This document shows, piece by piece, positions 1 to 13,158 of a DNA stretch of 64,000 nucleotides. Under the pieces are notes generated by a model. It worked only from the letters and a program-made list of their open reading frames with translations. It had not been told where the DNA came from and searched no databases. The DNA is from Pseudovirgaria hyperparasitica (lineage: Eukaryota): assembly GCA_010093815.1 (NCBI GenBank), contig ML996580.1. The stretch is one strand, 5' to 3'. Numbering within the stretch: position 1 is the stretch's first letter; every line of letters starts with the position of its first letter. Position numbers and translations under genes: made by a program.

Positions 1-1759
1 GGTCAGGAAATGGTTGACACTGCTCGGTGTGTTCGGAAATGCTCACGATTATGCGCCTCACCTGGAGAGGTTTCGCACAAGATTCCCTCACTGGAAGGGC
101 GCTTCAGTGTTGAGCCTTTTCGTGGACGAAATTTGCCCCAGAACCTCCCCCAAGTTCGACAAGGAGGTCAGAGTTGCGGCATTTGAGGCAATCGGCCTGA
201 TAAGCCTGAGAAAACCGAAAGAGCTGAATCGTGATGACGTTCTCTCCGCCATGAGAAAAGCGCTTGAGGATTCAAGTAGCGGACTCGACATTACCGTTCT
301 TGAAGTTCTAAGAGATTTCTTCCAGTCTGAAGAGAAACGATCCGAGACTGGGGCGGTGATAGCTGTTGGTAAGGGTGCTGTGCAAGGTGCCGAGCGTATG
401 GGGACCTCCCTCAATGCCAGCGACAACGATGGTGTCATTACAACGTTGGCGCGCAACTTCTTGCAGCCAGTGAAACACATAGCGCTCTCCACTACGGACG
501 ACCGAGCCCCGGTAGCTGTCAGTATCCTTGTCAGCATCAGTCGCCAAGGTCTCGTTATACCTAATGAATGCATTCCGGCGTTCATCGCTCTGGAAACATC
601 CGATAAGGATTCCATCGCCGTTCCAGTCTTCAAGGAACACGAGTCAGTACACCAGAAGCACGAGAGTATCGTTGCGAAAGAGTATTACAAAGGTGTGCTC
701 CAATCGTATCAATACCAGATGGACAATTTCAGCAACTCGCGAGGTGCCAAGTTTGAGAAAGACAAGGCTGCCATTCCGAAGCTGAAATATCTCTTCTCCA
801 TCATCAAGGGAGCAAGTAGTAAAGTGCGCAAAGACTTCTTCAAGGTCGCCGCCACGAAACTCCAATTTGCCTTTGATGACTTTCAGTCGACTGGCGACGA
901 GCCACAGGATCTCTACTTCCCTCAGTATGTCCTGGAGAATCTATTAGCCGCCGAATACGTACAAAACATCGAACTGATCACCCTGACCGACAACTTGCTC
1001 AAGATCTTTTCTTCGACTGGTACGATAGTTGCAGAGGTTATCGAGAGAGAGGTTCTCTCTTCTAAAACAATGGTAGCGCCAGCCCCAACAGACTTGGCCA
1101 ATGTCACGGCCACGACGGAGTCTACTGCGACAGATTTTGATGGAACTCAGCCGGGGCCTAATGGCGAACTTGTTGCCACTGCAGAGCCTCCACATCTTCC
1201 AGCGGTACCTGACCTAGATTTGGACCGATTGCGTCACCTGACAGCAGCCTCTATGGTCCTGAGTCTCATCCTCGAGACGTGCAATTGGCTTAAACGCGCG
1301 TACAGCCTTGAGAAGGCAAAGGCAAAGAAGGACCAGCACCTGAAAGCACCATTCCGAACCAATTTCATATCTGCAGACAAATACGGCCAGCAGAGCGAGC
1401 AGATCATGTCATCGCTCGACAGCAGAGAAAGCATGATATCGCAATGTCGTTCTTTCTGCCAAGCCGTCGCCCTCGACAGCGAGCACAAAGTCGGCAGTGA
1501 TGACGAGGAGATGGCCGATGCTACGAATCACGCCGGTGGCTATATGACTCCGGAGGAAGGGGATGAGTCCGGTAGCGACAAGTCACGTACCCCTGGATCG
1601 GCTCGAGGCAGGAAGAGGAAAGGCAGTCTTTCCGGCGGCAGCGCTCCTACGCCCAAGAAGCGACGTGGCCGGCCATCCGGCGCACCGGGAAAGAAGACGC
1701 AGTCAAAGAAGGCTGGGCAGAGGAGCACAAGCTCGGGCTTTGATGGTCCGGATGGATGA
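1..1759 (+). CDS. SCC2: Cohesin loader Scc2/Mis4/Nipped-B, C-terminal part (5' end lies outside the window)
   Basis: Long open frame with HEAT-like helical content. Nipped-B C-terminal-type segments include 'ISRQGLVIPNECIPAFIALETS' and 'HQKHESIVAKEY'. Acidic then basic tail (GRKRK, KKRRGRP). Confidence 0.85.
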   Translation, partial: VRKWLTLLGVFGNAHDYAPHLERFRTRFPHWKGASVLSLFVDEICPRTSPKFDKEVRVAAFEAIGLISLRKPKELNRDDVLSAMRKALEDSSSGLDITVLEVLRDFFQSEEKRSETGAVIAVGKGAVQGAERMGTSLNASDNDGVITTLARNFLQPVKHIALSTTDDRAPVAVSILVSISRQGLVIPNECIPAFIALETSDKDSIAVPVFKEHESVHQKHESIVAKEYYKGVLQSYQYQMDNFSNSRGAKFEKDKAAIPKLKYLFSIIKGASSKVRKDFFKVAATKLQFAFDDFQSTGDEPQDLYFPQYVLENLLAAEYVQNIELITLTDNLLKIFSSTGTIVAEVIEREVLSSKTMVAPAPTDLANVTATTESTATDFDGTQPGPNGELVATAEPPHLPAVPDLDLDRLRHLTAASMVLSLILETCNWLKRAYSLEKAKAKKDQHLKAPFRTNFISADKYGQQSEQIMSSLDSRESMISQCRSFCQAVALDSEHKVGSDDEEMADATNHAGGYMTPEEGDESGSDKSRTPGSARGRKRKGSLSGGSAPTPKKRRGRPSGAPGKKTQSKKAGQRSTSSGFDGPDG

Positions 1760-2483
1760 TGATGAGTAGTAGCATCATGAGCTGTTTGTTCCCATTCCAT
1801 CCATCATTTCGCGCTTTTTCAGGGGTTTGATTTGTCGTTCGAGCGCTTTCACAGTATCAGATATATTCGGCGTCATACAATTTTTTTTGCAGCATATCAG
1901 GCGGCGCTTCAGGACGGGGAGCTTTTCAAGAAGCTTGGCGGAAGATCATTCTTCAAGCATACCCATAGTTTTTCTCTCACACTCCGGAGGAAAATGGCGC
2001 TTTTAGTAGTTGGAGGCGGCAGCTTGGCTGTACTTTCTCTCTTCTCTCTCCGTGCCCATCGGATTCTAGACGCGGGGGCTGTTCGTTTGTGACAGACATG
2101 GGATCTTTTTGTGCTTTCAGTCGGCTTCTTTTTCGTCTTTTTTTTGTTTCGGTGGTAAAAAGGGTTTTCAAAAGCAAGGACTGTGTACAGGTCGTTGCAT
2201 TGTGGTGGGAGCGATCTTTGATGGCAATTAGTTAAGATGGATGATATCCCACTTAGAAAGACGAGACGGAGAATCATATATATCATTTGAACCGCAATCT
2301 CGCACAATCACGGGTTTCATCCGCTGTTACTGTCTGTAGAGCTGTGATACGCTTCGAGTAAGGTATGCTCTGACACAAGGGAAAGGAGTCTACAGCCCTC
2401 AAACGAACTCCTCAGTTTCTCAAATCCACCCCAAGACTCCCCCTAACCCTCTCTCCCCCCAAAATCCAACAACCACACAACAA

Positions 2484-3986
2484 TCATCCATCCCCACGCC
2501 CCAACCCCCGTCCAACCCGCCGACACCCCCCATCAACACTCCTCGTCTCCCACGCCTGCACCCCCCGTCTCCACTCATACATCCCCTTAATCCTCCCCGC
2601 CCCTTCCACCCTCCACCTCCGCCGCTGCCCCTCCATCAAGCCCGGCCTCGCCACATACTGCCGTCTATACTCCTCCAGTCGCGCCTTCTTCTTCTTCTTC
2701 TTCACCTGTTGCCCAAACACCCTATTCCGCAATCTCCTACTTAGGGGGCCAGTAGATGGTGTTGCGGGAGCGGGGTCAGGCACGTACACCGTATGCGCCA
2801 TGAAGCGTGGGTCCCAGGGCTCGCGACACGGGCCGAGATCGCGCCAGGCGGAGATGCGGATTTCGAGCATGTGGTGCTGGGAGCTGCTGGCGGAGGGAGT
2901 TCTCGGGGCGGTTGAGAGTGTGACTTCGTAGTCTGTTGGGCAGAGGGTGCAGCGGTGGGTTGTGGGGCCTGGTGCTGGGGTGATGGTTTGGTAGGGCTCT
3001 GTCTCTGTCTCGGGGCTCGAGCTGAGAGGAGGAGAGTGAGTAGATGAGGAGATTGCGGTGGCGGTGGCAATGGCGCGCTCGAGGGCGCGCCAGAGACCCG
3101 TGTGGATGCGTTGTGCGCCGGGGACGTTGAGGTGCGCGACGAGGAGGTGGGGGAATGTGTAGAGGAGATCACGGGTGCGGGAGGGTTTGAGAAGGGAGCT
3201 GTGGGAGGGGAGAGTGAGGGTAGCGGATGCGTGGAGGAGGAGACTGGGGGTATTGCTATCGTGGGGTTTCGCGGCGGTGGTGATGTGGATTGGGTGAGGG
3301 CAGTTAGGGGGCTGGTATGTGAAGTCTGACGTGAATGCGTCTGCGGACGGGCCGTGGGCGCGGGATGTCCAGAGGAAGGCGTTCATAGCTGCTTGGGCGT
3401 GGTGGAAAGTGAGGGTCCAGTTGTTGTGGCAGGGGATGTAGCCGCTGGTCTGGATACATGGCTTTGTGGTTGTTGTTGGGCGGAGGGGGTAGGATTGCGG
3501 TTTGCTCGGGAGGGCGAGATCGCGGGCGTGGAAGACGTTGCAGGGGTGGCAGTATAGGAAGCTGGGGAATGCGCGCTCGAGATGGACACGCATCTTATGC
3601 CGTGCTGGGTTATCGGCTTTTGCGCATTCGTGGAGGGTTTGTCGGCCTAGGACGTGGCAGAGATGGCGGCATGTCAGGCTCAGTGCTGCGGAGTCCTCTT
3701 GGCATAGGAATGCGTCGATCAGGATTAGGATATCTATGGGGATCTGGAGGATCGGACTGGAGGAGACGGTTGGCCTACTATCATCAGTGCGGCATTGGCT
3801 GGGGCCTTGGAGTGGTTCAAGTGGTGGTTTGGGTGGTGGTAAAGGAGTGTCATCGTTTGTTGAAGCACGGATCTGTTGGTTTGAGCTTGTCTGATCCTGA
3901 GGCTCCTTTTGCCATTCTTTTATTGATTTCACTTTAGAGGACCGTGGGTTGCCTTTGAAGTGATGAGCGAAGATGCGGGCGAGCAT
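2484..3986 (-). CDS. Fungal F-box domain protein
   Basis: 500-aa ORF. F-box-like 'SPILQIPIDILILIDAFLCQEDSAALSLTCRHL', plus CxxC motifs (YCHPCNVFH; RCTLCPTDY...AWRDLG...PWDP) typical of a Pezizomycotina F-box family. Confidence 0.7.
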   Translation of the reverse strand: MLARIFAHHFKGNPRSSKVKSIKEWQKEPQDQTSSNQQIRASTNDDTPLPPPKPPLEPLQGPSQCRTDDSRPTVSSSPILQIPIDILILIDAFLCQEDSAALSLTCRHLCHVLGRQTLHECAKADNPARHKMRVHLERAFPSFLYCHPCNVFHARDLALPSKPQSYPLRPTTTTKPCIQTSGYIPCHNNWTLTFHHAQAAMNAFLWTSRAHGPSADAFTSDFTYQPPNCPHPIHITTAAKPHDSNTPSLLLHASATLTLPSHSSLLKPSRTRDLLYTFPHLLVAHLNVPGAQRIHTGLWRALERAIATATAISSSTHSPPLSSSPETETEPYQTITPAPGPTTHRCTLCPTDYEVTLSTAPRTPSASSSQHHMLEIRISAWRDLGPCREPWDPRFMAHTVYVPDPAPATPSTGPLSRRLRNRVFGQQVKKKKKKARLEEYRRQYVARPGLMEGQRRRWRVEGAGRIKGMYEWRRGVQAWETRSVDGGCRRVGRGLGRGDG

Positions 3987-4324
3987 CGCGAATTGAGATG
4001 GGTCCTGCCTCGTGCTAGAGGATCATGATGATGTGTAGACAGAGGAGTATAAACTCTGTCAGTTGATTGAGAATCAATATAACAGGAAGCGATCAAATGT
4101 GTAATGCCTGGCATAGGATCCACACAGCCCCGTTGCTTGACGTTGCTGCCTCGAGTATCATCACATTGCAATTGCAGGGATGAGCCCCTTATTGGTGGGG
4201 TCCGCGACTTGGGCACAGCCACAGCACATCAAAACAGGGCTAGCGAGGAAAGTCGGAAAGCAGAAAAGCATAGACGAGGATGTAAACAAAATAGATTCTT
4301 TGTGTAAATGCTCGGCCCCGAATC

Positions 4325-7079
4325 TTAAATCTCCTTCACAAATCCAACTTCGACCAATTTATCTATGGGTATCCTCATCTTCGCAATCTTCGGCCGTGTA
4401 TTCTCCTTCAACCAAATGAACACCCGAAGCATCAGCCTCGCGGACCAATTGTGATTCTCCTTGATCGTTCTGAGCTGTTGCTTGCCCACGATATAGACGA
4501 CCTGTGCGTTGAAAGCACGATCGAGAGCCTCGAGTCGTTGCGCGATATCGGCTTGACGGCGCTGAGACGACGTAGACACGACGCTGATGCTATCTCCCAT
4601 GTTGCTGGCAGGAGACAACGAACGCGCTGACGCGACACCCGAGGGACGGTCCCGAACTGAGAAGCGAGAGATCGCACGCTTTACTTGAGTGTAGACAAGC
4701 CGCCCCAAATCAGCTGACATAGGACTATCGTTGTAACCATAGCGGATGGTAAGGCGATAGCAGTTGTGGAAAGACGTGCCTACGACGCTGTACTTTTCCT
4801 CGTCGGGAACGTGAGGCTTTTGCAGCGCTCGGAGGTGCAAGAAGACGTGGACTTCTGGATGAGCTTGAAATTTGCGGAGAAACTCTTCGTAGGAAACTGG
4901 AACTTGGTCTCCTGACTTGTCGAAAAAGATGCCAAGACCGCGTATGTTCGTCAAGGTCGCACCACCATAACGGGCTGCAACCTTGAGAGATCCATCTGGT
5001 CCTTTGACAATCATATCAGAGAGAGCAGACCGCTCCCTACTCTCCGAGTCCCACTGCACCTCTTTGCCGTATCGCCATAGTATAAAGATACTCGACAGAA
5101 TGGCGGCTAACAGAAGTGTAAACCATGCACCATCAGGAAACTTGGTGAGGGCCGAGGTGAGGAAAAGCCCTTCGAATGTGATAAACGGTAGCCAGACCGC
5201 AAGCACAAGTATCCAATTGAGTCGCCATACAACGATGGCAACCAAGCTTACCAAGCATGTGGTGATGAAAGTCACAAGAATGACGCAAACGCCATATGCG
5301 TGACCTAGTCTCGTAGTCTAATAAGGGTTAGTGCCAAGATATTAGCCTGACTCCGTGAAGGTGAAGACTCACAGTGTTATACACAGCAGTCACGATGACC
5401 GTGGCTATCATCATGAGCCAATTCACGACGGGTATGAAGACTTGGCCATGGAATCTCTTGTCTGTATGGATGACCTGGAGTTGTGGGAAGTAGCTGGCGC
5501 TCATAGCTTGAGAAAGGAGCTGGAAAGCGGACGTTATAATGGCCTGAGATGCAACTATGGCAGCAAGTGTGGCCAATATAAGTGTTGGCCAGAACAGACC
5601 TGGCGGTACAGCCTTGAAGAAGGGATTGAGATAATCCTCTGGGTGCTCGGATAAGTACGCAGCCTGGCCGATGTACGACAAGAGAATGCATGGGAAGGCG
5701 AAGCAGAACCAAGATAACCGTATAGCACTACATGAATTAGCCAGAATCTAGTACCATAGATACCACTCACCGTGCGGAGAATGCTCCAAGATCAGCAAAA
5801 AGCGCTTCGACACCTTGTAGGATCGCAAGTCAGAGTGTGCTATGTTTCTCTCGATAGTGAGCCACAAACCGGTAAAACTCAGTAAGATCCCGTTTAGATC
5901 TAACCACGCAAGGGTACCTTTCCGCACGAAGAAGTGACCAGCATGGTACGGAGAAAACGCCTTTAACACTGTCCAGTCATGGACAACCAAGTTCTGCATG
6001 AGTCAGTCACCTACGACGGAATATCAACATGTTCGACTTACGTATATACCAAATGCGCAATTGAAAAGCAACCAAACGGTAATTATGGGTGCGTACATGC
6101 AACCAATCTTGGAGACACCAATCGGTTGTACAAGAAAGAGTAAGACGATGACAGCGCAAGAGACACCCACAATGGTGTCTGTGTTGATATTGTCACTAGC
6201 AACTACTCGCAGACCTAAGGCCATGAGAATTCTGTATCAGTTATCGTGTTATTGCAGAACATACCTTGGATAGCACCTAGGACGGACTGAGCTGGAGTCA
6301 GGATGCTATCAGCCATGACAAAACTGATACCTAGAACGGCTAAGCTCTTGAGTACAGTGCGCATGGCAGTGTTTCTCTCGATGAAGGTCCGCGCCTTCAG
6401 ATTACTTGAGGGCATATCTTCGACATGATATCGCTCTACTTTAGTCATGCTTCGAGTTTTGGGGTCGAATTTAGTGATGTTGCTCTGATTTGGTTAACAT
6501 CCTATGATAAAGACAAGAGACCCTATTCGTACGTATCGTGTGAGGAGACTGTATATAGCAAAAGTGCCACCTTCGCCCTCATCGTCTGCATAAAGTACGA
6601 TCCACACATACTTAATAGAGACCATCAATGTAATGGACCATATGATTAGCGACAAAGCGCCCAATACGTCTTGTCTGGAAGGCGGTGCATCTTCAAAGGT
6701 ACTTGAGAAGACGTATAGTGGACTAGTTCCAATGTCGCCATAGACAATTCCTATAGACTGATATGCAAGCCTTGACGGAAGATTAGCATGGCGCTCGGAC
6801 AGAAGCAGGCCAAGAGTGTTACCAGGCCAGTGTCCACCCTTTGAACGTCTGACGTAGTTGAGTTAGTGAGACTGAAACGTCACTATTAGGATGCGGACTA
6901 TAATGTACCTGTCTTGATTTGAAATCGCCCTCCCTCAGCTTCCCATCGTGTTCATCAAGTATCGATTCTGCATCCGAAAGTGGTGTTTGTTCAGTCGAGG
7001 GCTCCCGCTTGGCACGCGTCGAGCGCTCGCGCTGCACCTTCAACGGTTCCTCGAAGCGGAGCCTGTCGGAGGTTGCCAT
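4325..7079 (-). CDS. HAK1: High-affinity potassium transporter, HAK/KUP family (9 exons)
   Basis: Exons approx. 7079-6909, 6848-6823, 6770-6533, 6484-6265, 6214-6042, 5993-5870, 5813-5771, 5727-5373, 5317-4325, all GT-AG. KUP signatures '[23 protein letters not shown]', '[13 protein letters not shown]', 'YIGQAAYL', '[10 protein letters not shown]'. Confidence 0.93.
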
Positions 7080-8879
7080 TCACTAGTTGCCGAGGTTGCG
7101 CAACTCGCAATATGCGCCATGCGCAGCCCTCCAGGGACGTGACGAAGGCGTTTATGAAGAGCAAGCAGGCTGATACACGCGGTGTGATGAAGGATGTGGA
7201 AAGGGAGGGCATGCTTCCTTATTCAAGGCTGTCCAGAAAAGCGACACCAAGACACCAGTGTCTCCACCAACCAGGATCCTAGCTGATAGACCGCGTGGTT
7301 GACGGCCCGTTCATGGGCGAGTGGAGGCCTGTGCCGAGCTATTCACGACTGGGTTCAATATGACATCGATGCCTGAGCTTGCCGTGATAGCCTGCTACCA
7401 GTACGCTCAACCACCGATGAGAGAGGACTACATGACTACTTCTCTGCTAGTCACAGTACCATTGCAAACTATACAGGCTGAGAGCGGATCGACTCGGCGC
7501 CCCAGTATTCGATGCTTCGACTGCGGTCGATTTTGGTACACCTGGGTATTGCTACCGTACTCTCTTACTTTCAATTCCAGTAGGGAAACTGGCATGTATC
7601 TCCCACCATCTTCCGGATTGATACTGGGCATACACATGCGTTCTGTGTTTGCGCTGGCGATAGCAGACGCATACCACGCATACTTTAGCACAGCATGCCA
7701 CGCAATTGAATACGAAGTCTGATCGGCAAAGTAACAGCGATACCCTCGAGATGGCGAGTTGAAACCGCCCAGCCAAGACCGTAAAGCGCAGCTACCCGGT
7801 ATGATGATGATGACTAAGGAGCGAGCCCTGGAAAGCCGAAAAGCTCACCATTGTGTGACTGAGATTCTGAATTGAGTAAGGAGATCCGAGCGCCCAGACA
7901 AGGCTGGGAGACTGGACCAGATACGAGCCGTTATTCGTCCACGGGTGGAGCTCGCGCAGAAGTTTTTGTCATCTGAGCTATGATGAGATGAGGTTGATTG
8001 TTGGGTCCCGTTGACATGGAGCAACCTTCGAGCTTTGAGGCTAAAGCTTTGCCCGTGTGTTTTGTATTAATTCACACGAGGAGAGATTAATGGCGTCTCC
8101 TAAGGACGTGCGCGGGATCTGGTGGCAGTACAAAGTTTAAAGTACGTGTATGTTGTAACCAAATTTCGAAGGGGAATGTATCATGTGGCAGCCCGTGGGA
8201 GCTACGACGCGACTTCTGCAAAGTGGAGAATTAGCCTAAAGGTTACTGTAGCTATTTACCTGCTCCATAACTGTGCCCAAACATTACAACATGACCTTAG
8301 CCAAACACTGGGGGAATAACGGAGGGTCTTTGGTAGTACATGCCCTAATACCTCGTCCTCGAGTATATACAGAGATCCAAGATCCCAACCAATTCGCACT
8401 CGTAGCAAGTGGTGCAGCCTACTGCCCAGGTGGTATGCAGGCACAGGTCGGGGCAGCTAATGACCCCACATTTAGATATGGTTGATGAACTAATAGTTAA
8501 AGGAGACATACGCAACTGTTCGCATGATTTCATCCTATTCACTGCCCATTCTTCACAGTCACAGACCCTCGCTCAACCGCCAATAATATACAATTTGCGT
8601 TTCCCATACACACGAGCATCACATTGCATTCCCAGACCATTGTATTTCTACCGCGAACGATCGTTCTGCTGCGCCATAGCTTCACGCCTGATTGCAGTTA
8701 CCAAGGGACGCCGAACTTTTCCATCTTCAAAAGTGTAAAACTGGGACATTCAGATATCACAAAAAGAATACGTGTAACACCGGCACTTCTGACTACTTGC
8801 GGACGCGTTTACGAACGCGCCACCAAATTAAGTGTCCTGGCCATCGACTTGCATCTTACGTCCGTCCAGACTCTGCAGT

Positions 8880-9771
8880 ATGCCGTCGCAACGCCGCGTC
8901 AAAGTCTTCGGCCTGTTGATAGTGTTGGCTATTCTTACAACTATATACTGGGCCTCCGCCGCGCAACAAACCAAGTCATCTAAATTCTACACAAACACAG
9001 TGGCCGCTTTGGAAGAGAAGAAACAAGCAGAAATTGCGGCAAAAGTGAAAGCTGAAAATGATGCTACTGCTGCGCGCAAAGAAGACATTGGGATCCGATT
9101 AAAGGCGGCCGAGGAAAAGGCTAAAAAGTCTGCTGACGAGAAAGGTCATAGGATCTCACAGCAGGTCATGGCAAGCAATGAAGAGAAGAAAGATGCTGTC
9201 GATGAAAAGTCAGTAGCAGGTCGTGTGAAGTACAAGGACGAGAAAGAGAAGGACACTCCAGGAGTTGCTAGGGTAGGCGGCAACACAGAAAACATGGAGA
9301 AGCTTGACAAAGAAAGCAAGTCTGAAGAAGACCAGGAAGTTGAAATGGAGCTCAACTCAATCTTGAAGCGGAGTCCTAGTACGTACGTTCCCTTCCCTTG
9401 AAATACCGCCACTAACTCGAGCAGTAATTATATTCTCCAAAAGCTACTGCCCCTATTCGAAGACGGCTAAACATATCCTACTTGACCTATACAAGATCAC
9501 ACCGCCCCCTCACGTAGTCGAGCTTGATCAGCACGAGCTGGGTCCCGGTCTACAGGATGCTTTGGCGAAGATGACAAACAGGAAGACCGTGCCAAACATA
9601 TTGATAAATGGGTTGAGTATTGGCGGAGGCGATGATATCAAAACACTTCACCAAGACGGAAAGATTATAGACACAATCACGACGACGGGTGGTAAGAGAA
9701 TCATAGAAGTGAAACAGGTTGAGGAGCCTGCTAGTAAAGATGGACTACGAAAGCGTCACTCTGGAACCTGA
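8880..9771 (+). CDS. Monothiol (CPYS) glutaredoxin with N-terminal signal anchor, Grx6/7-like
   Basis: ATG 8880, N-terminal hydrophobic anchor (VFGLLIVLAILTTIYWA) and charged linker. Intron 9379-9424 joins to 'IIIFSKSYCPYSK...TVPNILINGLSIGGGDD'. Confidence 0.88.
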
Positions 9772-10347
9772 AGAGTATAATATCTCGGTGCAAGGTGTCT
9801 ATACGGATTTCGCACTCGAAGTGACCAATGCAGAACATCTGGCTATTCGGGGCTCGGTGCACAGTCGGGCATACGGGTTGTGGTGAAAGACCACAGTCAT
9901 GGTGCGGACCGGACTATGAAAGGTGTGCTACTGCTCCAGGTCAATAATTAGCTTTGGGCGAGCTGGTGACGATTGAAATAATGTCAAGTCGCACTGATAA
10001 TGATAGCGCAGAGGGGAATTGGTTAATGTAGATGGCAGATGAGCAGCATCGTAATGTTGACGTGAAAACGAGAGACACGATTTTGACATGATACTGATTG
10101 TTCATAAATACCACTATATAGACAAATTCGTAACCAATGACAACATGCAATATGCTATGTGTGTGATGCACAATTTATGGTGGCCCGATATAAATATAAG
10201 GCATCAAGGCATCATCTTGGATACCTTAGCGCGCCGCAATTTTTCCGGCCGCACACCACACCGTCCCTAAGCGAGGAAATCGAAACCCACGAAAAGACAG
10301 ACCATTGACGACTTGTACTAATCAGCAGCCCACGACAACCGCCCACG

Positions 10348-11169
10348 ATGAAGTACATTCACTCCCAGGAGACGCTGAACATCCCCGAGGGTGGTAAGTT
10401 TAGAACAGAGGACTGCGCAAGTACGAGATTCGGTGGCTAATTGGGCGCGCACAGTCAAGGTCACCATCAAGAAGAGGGTTATCAACGTCGAAGGTCCCCG
10501 AGGTACATACTCGAAACAACGGCAGACTATTTGGCGGATATATTCTGATCGCTTGCTACAGGAAAGCTGACCAAGAGCCTGTCTCACATCGCCGTCTCGT
10601 TCTCGCACCCTTCTAAGGACGTTATCAACATCGAGCTTCACCACGGTGCCCGCAAAAATGTCGCTACTCTCCGAACCGTCCGCACACTCATCAACAACCT
10701 GATCATCGGTGTGACAAAGGGATACAAGTACAAGATGCGTTACGTCTATGCCCATTTTCCCATCAACGTAAACGTCGACAAGAACCAGGAGACCGGTCTG
10801 TACGAGGTTGAGATCAGGTGAGAGAGCCTCATGAAAACAAGTCAGCTACAGCATTGGGAACGAAAGGACTGATTATGGGTGTAGAAATTTCATTGGCGAG
10901 AAGATCGTGCGGAAGGTCGTGATGCAACCCGGTGTTGACGTCGAGCCGTCGAAGAACGTCAAGGACCAGCTCGAGCTGACCGGAAACTCGCTGGAAAACG
11001 TTTCACAAAGCGCTGCAGACATTCAGCAAATCTGCAGAGTCAAGAACAAGGATATTCGAAAGGTGAGAAAGAAACGTCGCGGAGCCGTGCAATTGACGTG
11101 TCTGACATTCAACAGTTCTTGGATGGTCTATACGTGTCAGAGAGGACCAACATCGTACTGGATGATTAG
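10348..11169 (+). CDS. RPL9: 60S ribosomal protein L9 (uL6), 5 exons
   Basis: Exons 10348-10393, 10455-10502, 10562-10817, 10885-11062, 11116-11169 give '[18 protein letters not shown]...VEGPRGKL...[16 protein letters not shown]...RNFIGEK...[17 protein letters not shown]'. Confidence 0.97.
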
Positions 11170-11729
11170 AGGAAGAGAGCGGACGGTTTCATTGGGGTTC
11201 ATGCGGCACGCCTTCCAGCAATTTCGATCATGGCATGGTGTAGGCTTGAAATCGGGCATGTTATATCGCCTGTATGAACAATTCAAAAAACTGAATTCAT
11301 CTTGGGCGTCTTCGGAAACGATATAGGACATGAATACTGAATTTCTCGCCATTGTTGCGCAAGGTCCCATCCGCTTCGTCTCACGTCCGATACACCAGTT
11401 ATCATTACCAGCAGGAGCCATAAAATTTGCACATTCCCTGGCCTTGTCCTTGCTTGTACCATATCCTCGCGCGCGGGCGGCGCAGTGAGCAGGGTGTAGC
11501 TTTGAATTGTTGTACCTCTTAGGTTCCGCCTGCACTCCTGTGTTTGAAGTTTCCCACCACAATTTCTATCCTCACAATGAGTATCAAAATACGAACGACA
11601 GGAAAGTTAACAGAGATCAGAACAAACCAAGCGTGATGGCATCTAAATCCTATACATCTAACTCATGACGGGAACTACATACACCTCGAAGCCTCAAGTC
11701 ATCCTCACATGAACCCAACAACCTAAACC

Positions 11730-13158
11730 TCAGGACCCCTTCACAGCCGCCACCTCCTCCCCCTTGGGCAGTATATCCGGCACGGGCCCCACGGGCGTAA
11801 TCCCAAACTGATTAATCTGCTTATGGCTCTTCGTATAATGCTTCTTGATATGCTCAAACTGCGTCGTCTCACCAAACGCCGGCTCATCCCAGTACAAGCG
11901 CCGAAGCCAGGCATGCAGCGCCGGATACCCATTCCTAATATCCCGCAAATTACACTTGAAATGCTGCACATACACCACGTCAAACCGCACAATCGTCGTA
12001 TACAGCCGGATATCCGCCTCCGTGATCGCAGCCCCAAAATAAAACGGCCCCTCCGTCCCAGCAAGATGCCCCTCCGCCCGATCCAGCGCCTCAAACAGCG
12101 CCCTCACAGCCTTCTCATACGCCTCCTGCGTCGTGGCAAACCCGCTCTTATACACCCCGTTATTAATCCCGTCGTACGTCCACTCATTCGTAGCGTCGAT
12201 CTCGGCGCGCAGCGCGGCAGGGTACGGGTCTACGGCGGCGTATTCCGCGGGCAGCAGGTCGTCGAAGGCGTGGTAGAGCATGCGGATGATTTCGCTGGAT
12301 TCGTTGTTGACGATGCGGTTTGTGCGCGTGTCGTAGAGGGTGGGCACGGTGTAGCGGCCTGTGTAGTCGGGTTGTTCGGCGTGGTAGATGTCGCGGAGGT
12401 GGGTGTAGGAGGCGGGGTGGTGCGGGTCTGGGAGGGTGTTTTCGCCGGGGAGGGACTCGGTGGTTGTGGCGAAGCGCCAGCCTGTGTTTTGGGGGTGGGT
12501 TAGGGGGGTTGTGGGTTTTGGGATGGTTGTTGTTTGGGGGAGGGAGAGGGCACCTTTCTCGAGCATTTCCCAGTGTACGGATGTGAAGCCGATGTAGTCC
12601 TCCAGACCCTTTAGTTTGCGCGTGATGAGCACGCGGTGCGCTTGGAGATGTCAGTCAGTTGGTCAGTCAGTCAGTCAAACAACCAGTCAGGGATAGACCA
12701 ATTCACCCCTCCCGTTTCTCTCAATAGTCAAATCCAAGGGAGCCATAGACGAAACATTACATACCCCACGGACAAGCATAGCTGACATAAACATGATACC
12801 GCCCCTTCTCAGGCGGAAACTCCGCGCCTGGCTTGTTCTCGATGAAGTTCCGGAACGAAGAAGTCTGTCGCTTGAATTCGCCGCTCTTGTCGCCTGGCTT
12901 GACCCAGTTCAGGATACTGTTGTTGTTGCTGTTGTCGGTGCTCTGTGGTTTGTGTTAGTTGGAGGGTTGGCAGGATGATGTTTGTGTGTATACGTGTGTG
13001 TATACATATATATGTGTGTGTGTGAGAGACATGACATAATGCTACCTGATGCCACTTAAGAGGGAATCCATGACTTGATTGTAAGAAAAGAAAAAGATTT
13101 TTACAATGAGAATATATACAGTACAAACAGAAAGAAAGTATCAGAAACATACCGCCAT
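11730..13158 (-). CDS. ECM4: Glutathionyl-hydroquinone reductase / omega-class GST (Ecm4-like), 4 exons
   Basis: Exons 13158-13153 (ATG GCG), 12942-12765, 12640-12554, 12481-11730. Motifs 'GEFKRQTSSFRN', 'GRYHVYVSYACPWAHR', 'YTVPTLYD', 'IVNNESSEIIRM', 'INNGVYKSGFA', 'HIKKHYTKSH'. Confidence 0.93.
12650..13030. repeat. Intronic microsatellites in ECM4: (TCAG)n at approx. 12650-12677 and (TG)/(TA)n at approx. 12983-13027
   Basis: Directly visible: tcagtcagttggtcagtcagtcagtca and tgtgtgtatacgtgtgtgtatacatatatatgtgtgtgtgtg. Confidence 0.75.

Noticed and set aside
7800..7872. ATGATGA...CTGA pattern resembling a box C/D snoRNA
   Set aside because: The C-box-like word is part of an (ATG)n microrepeat. 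I could not identify a terminal stem or an rRNA-complementary guide.
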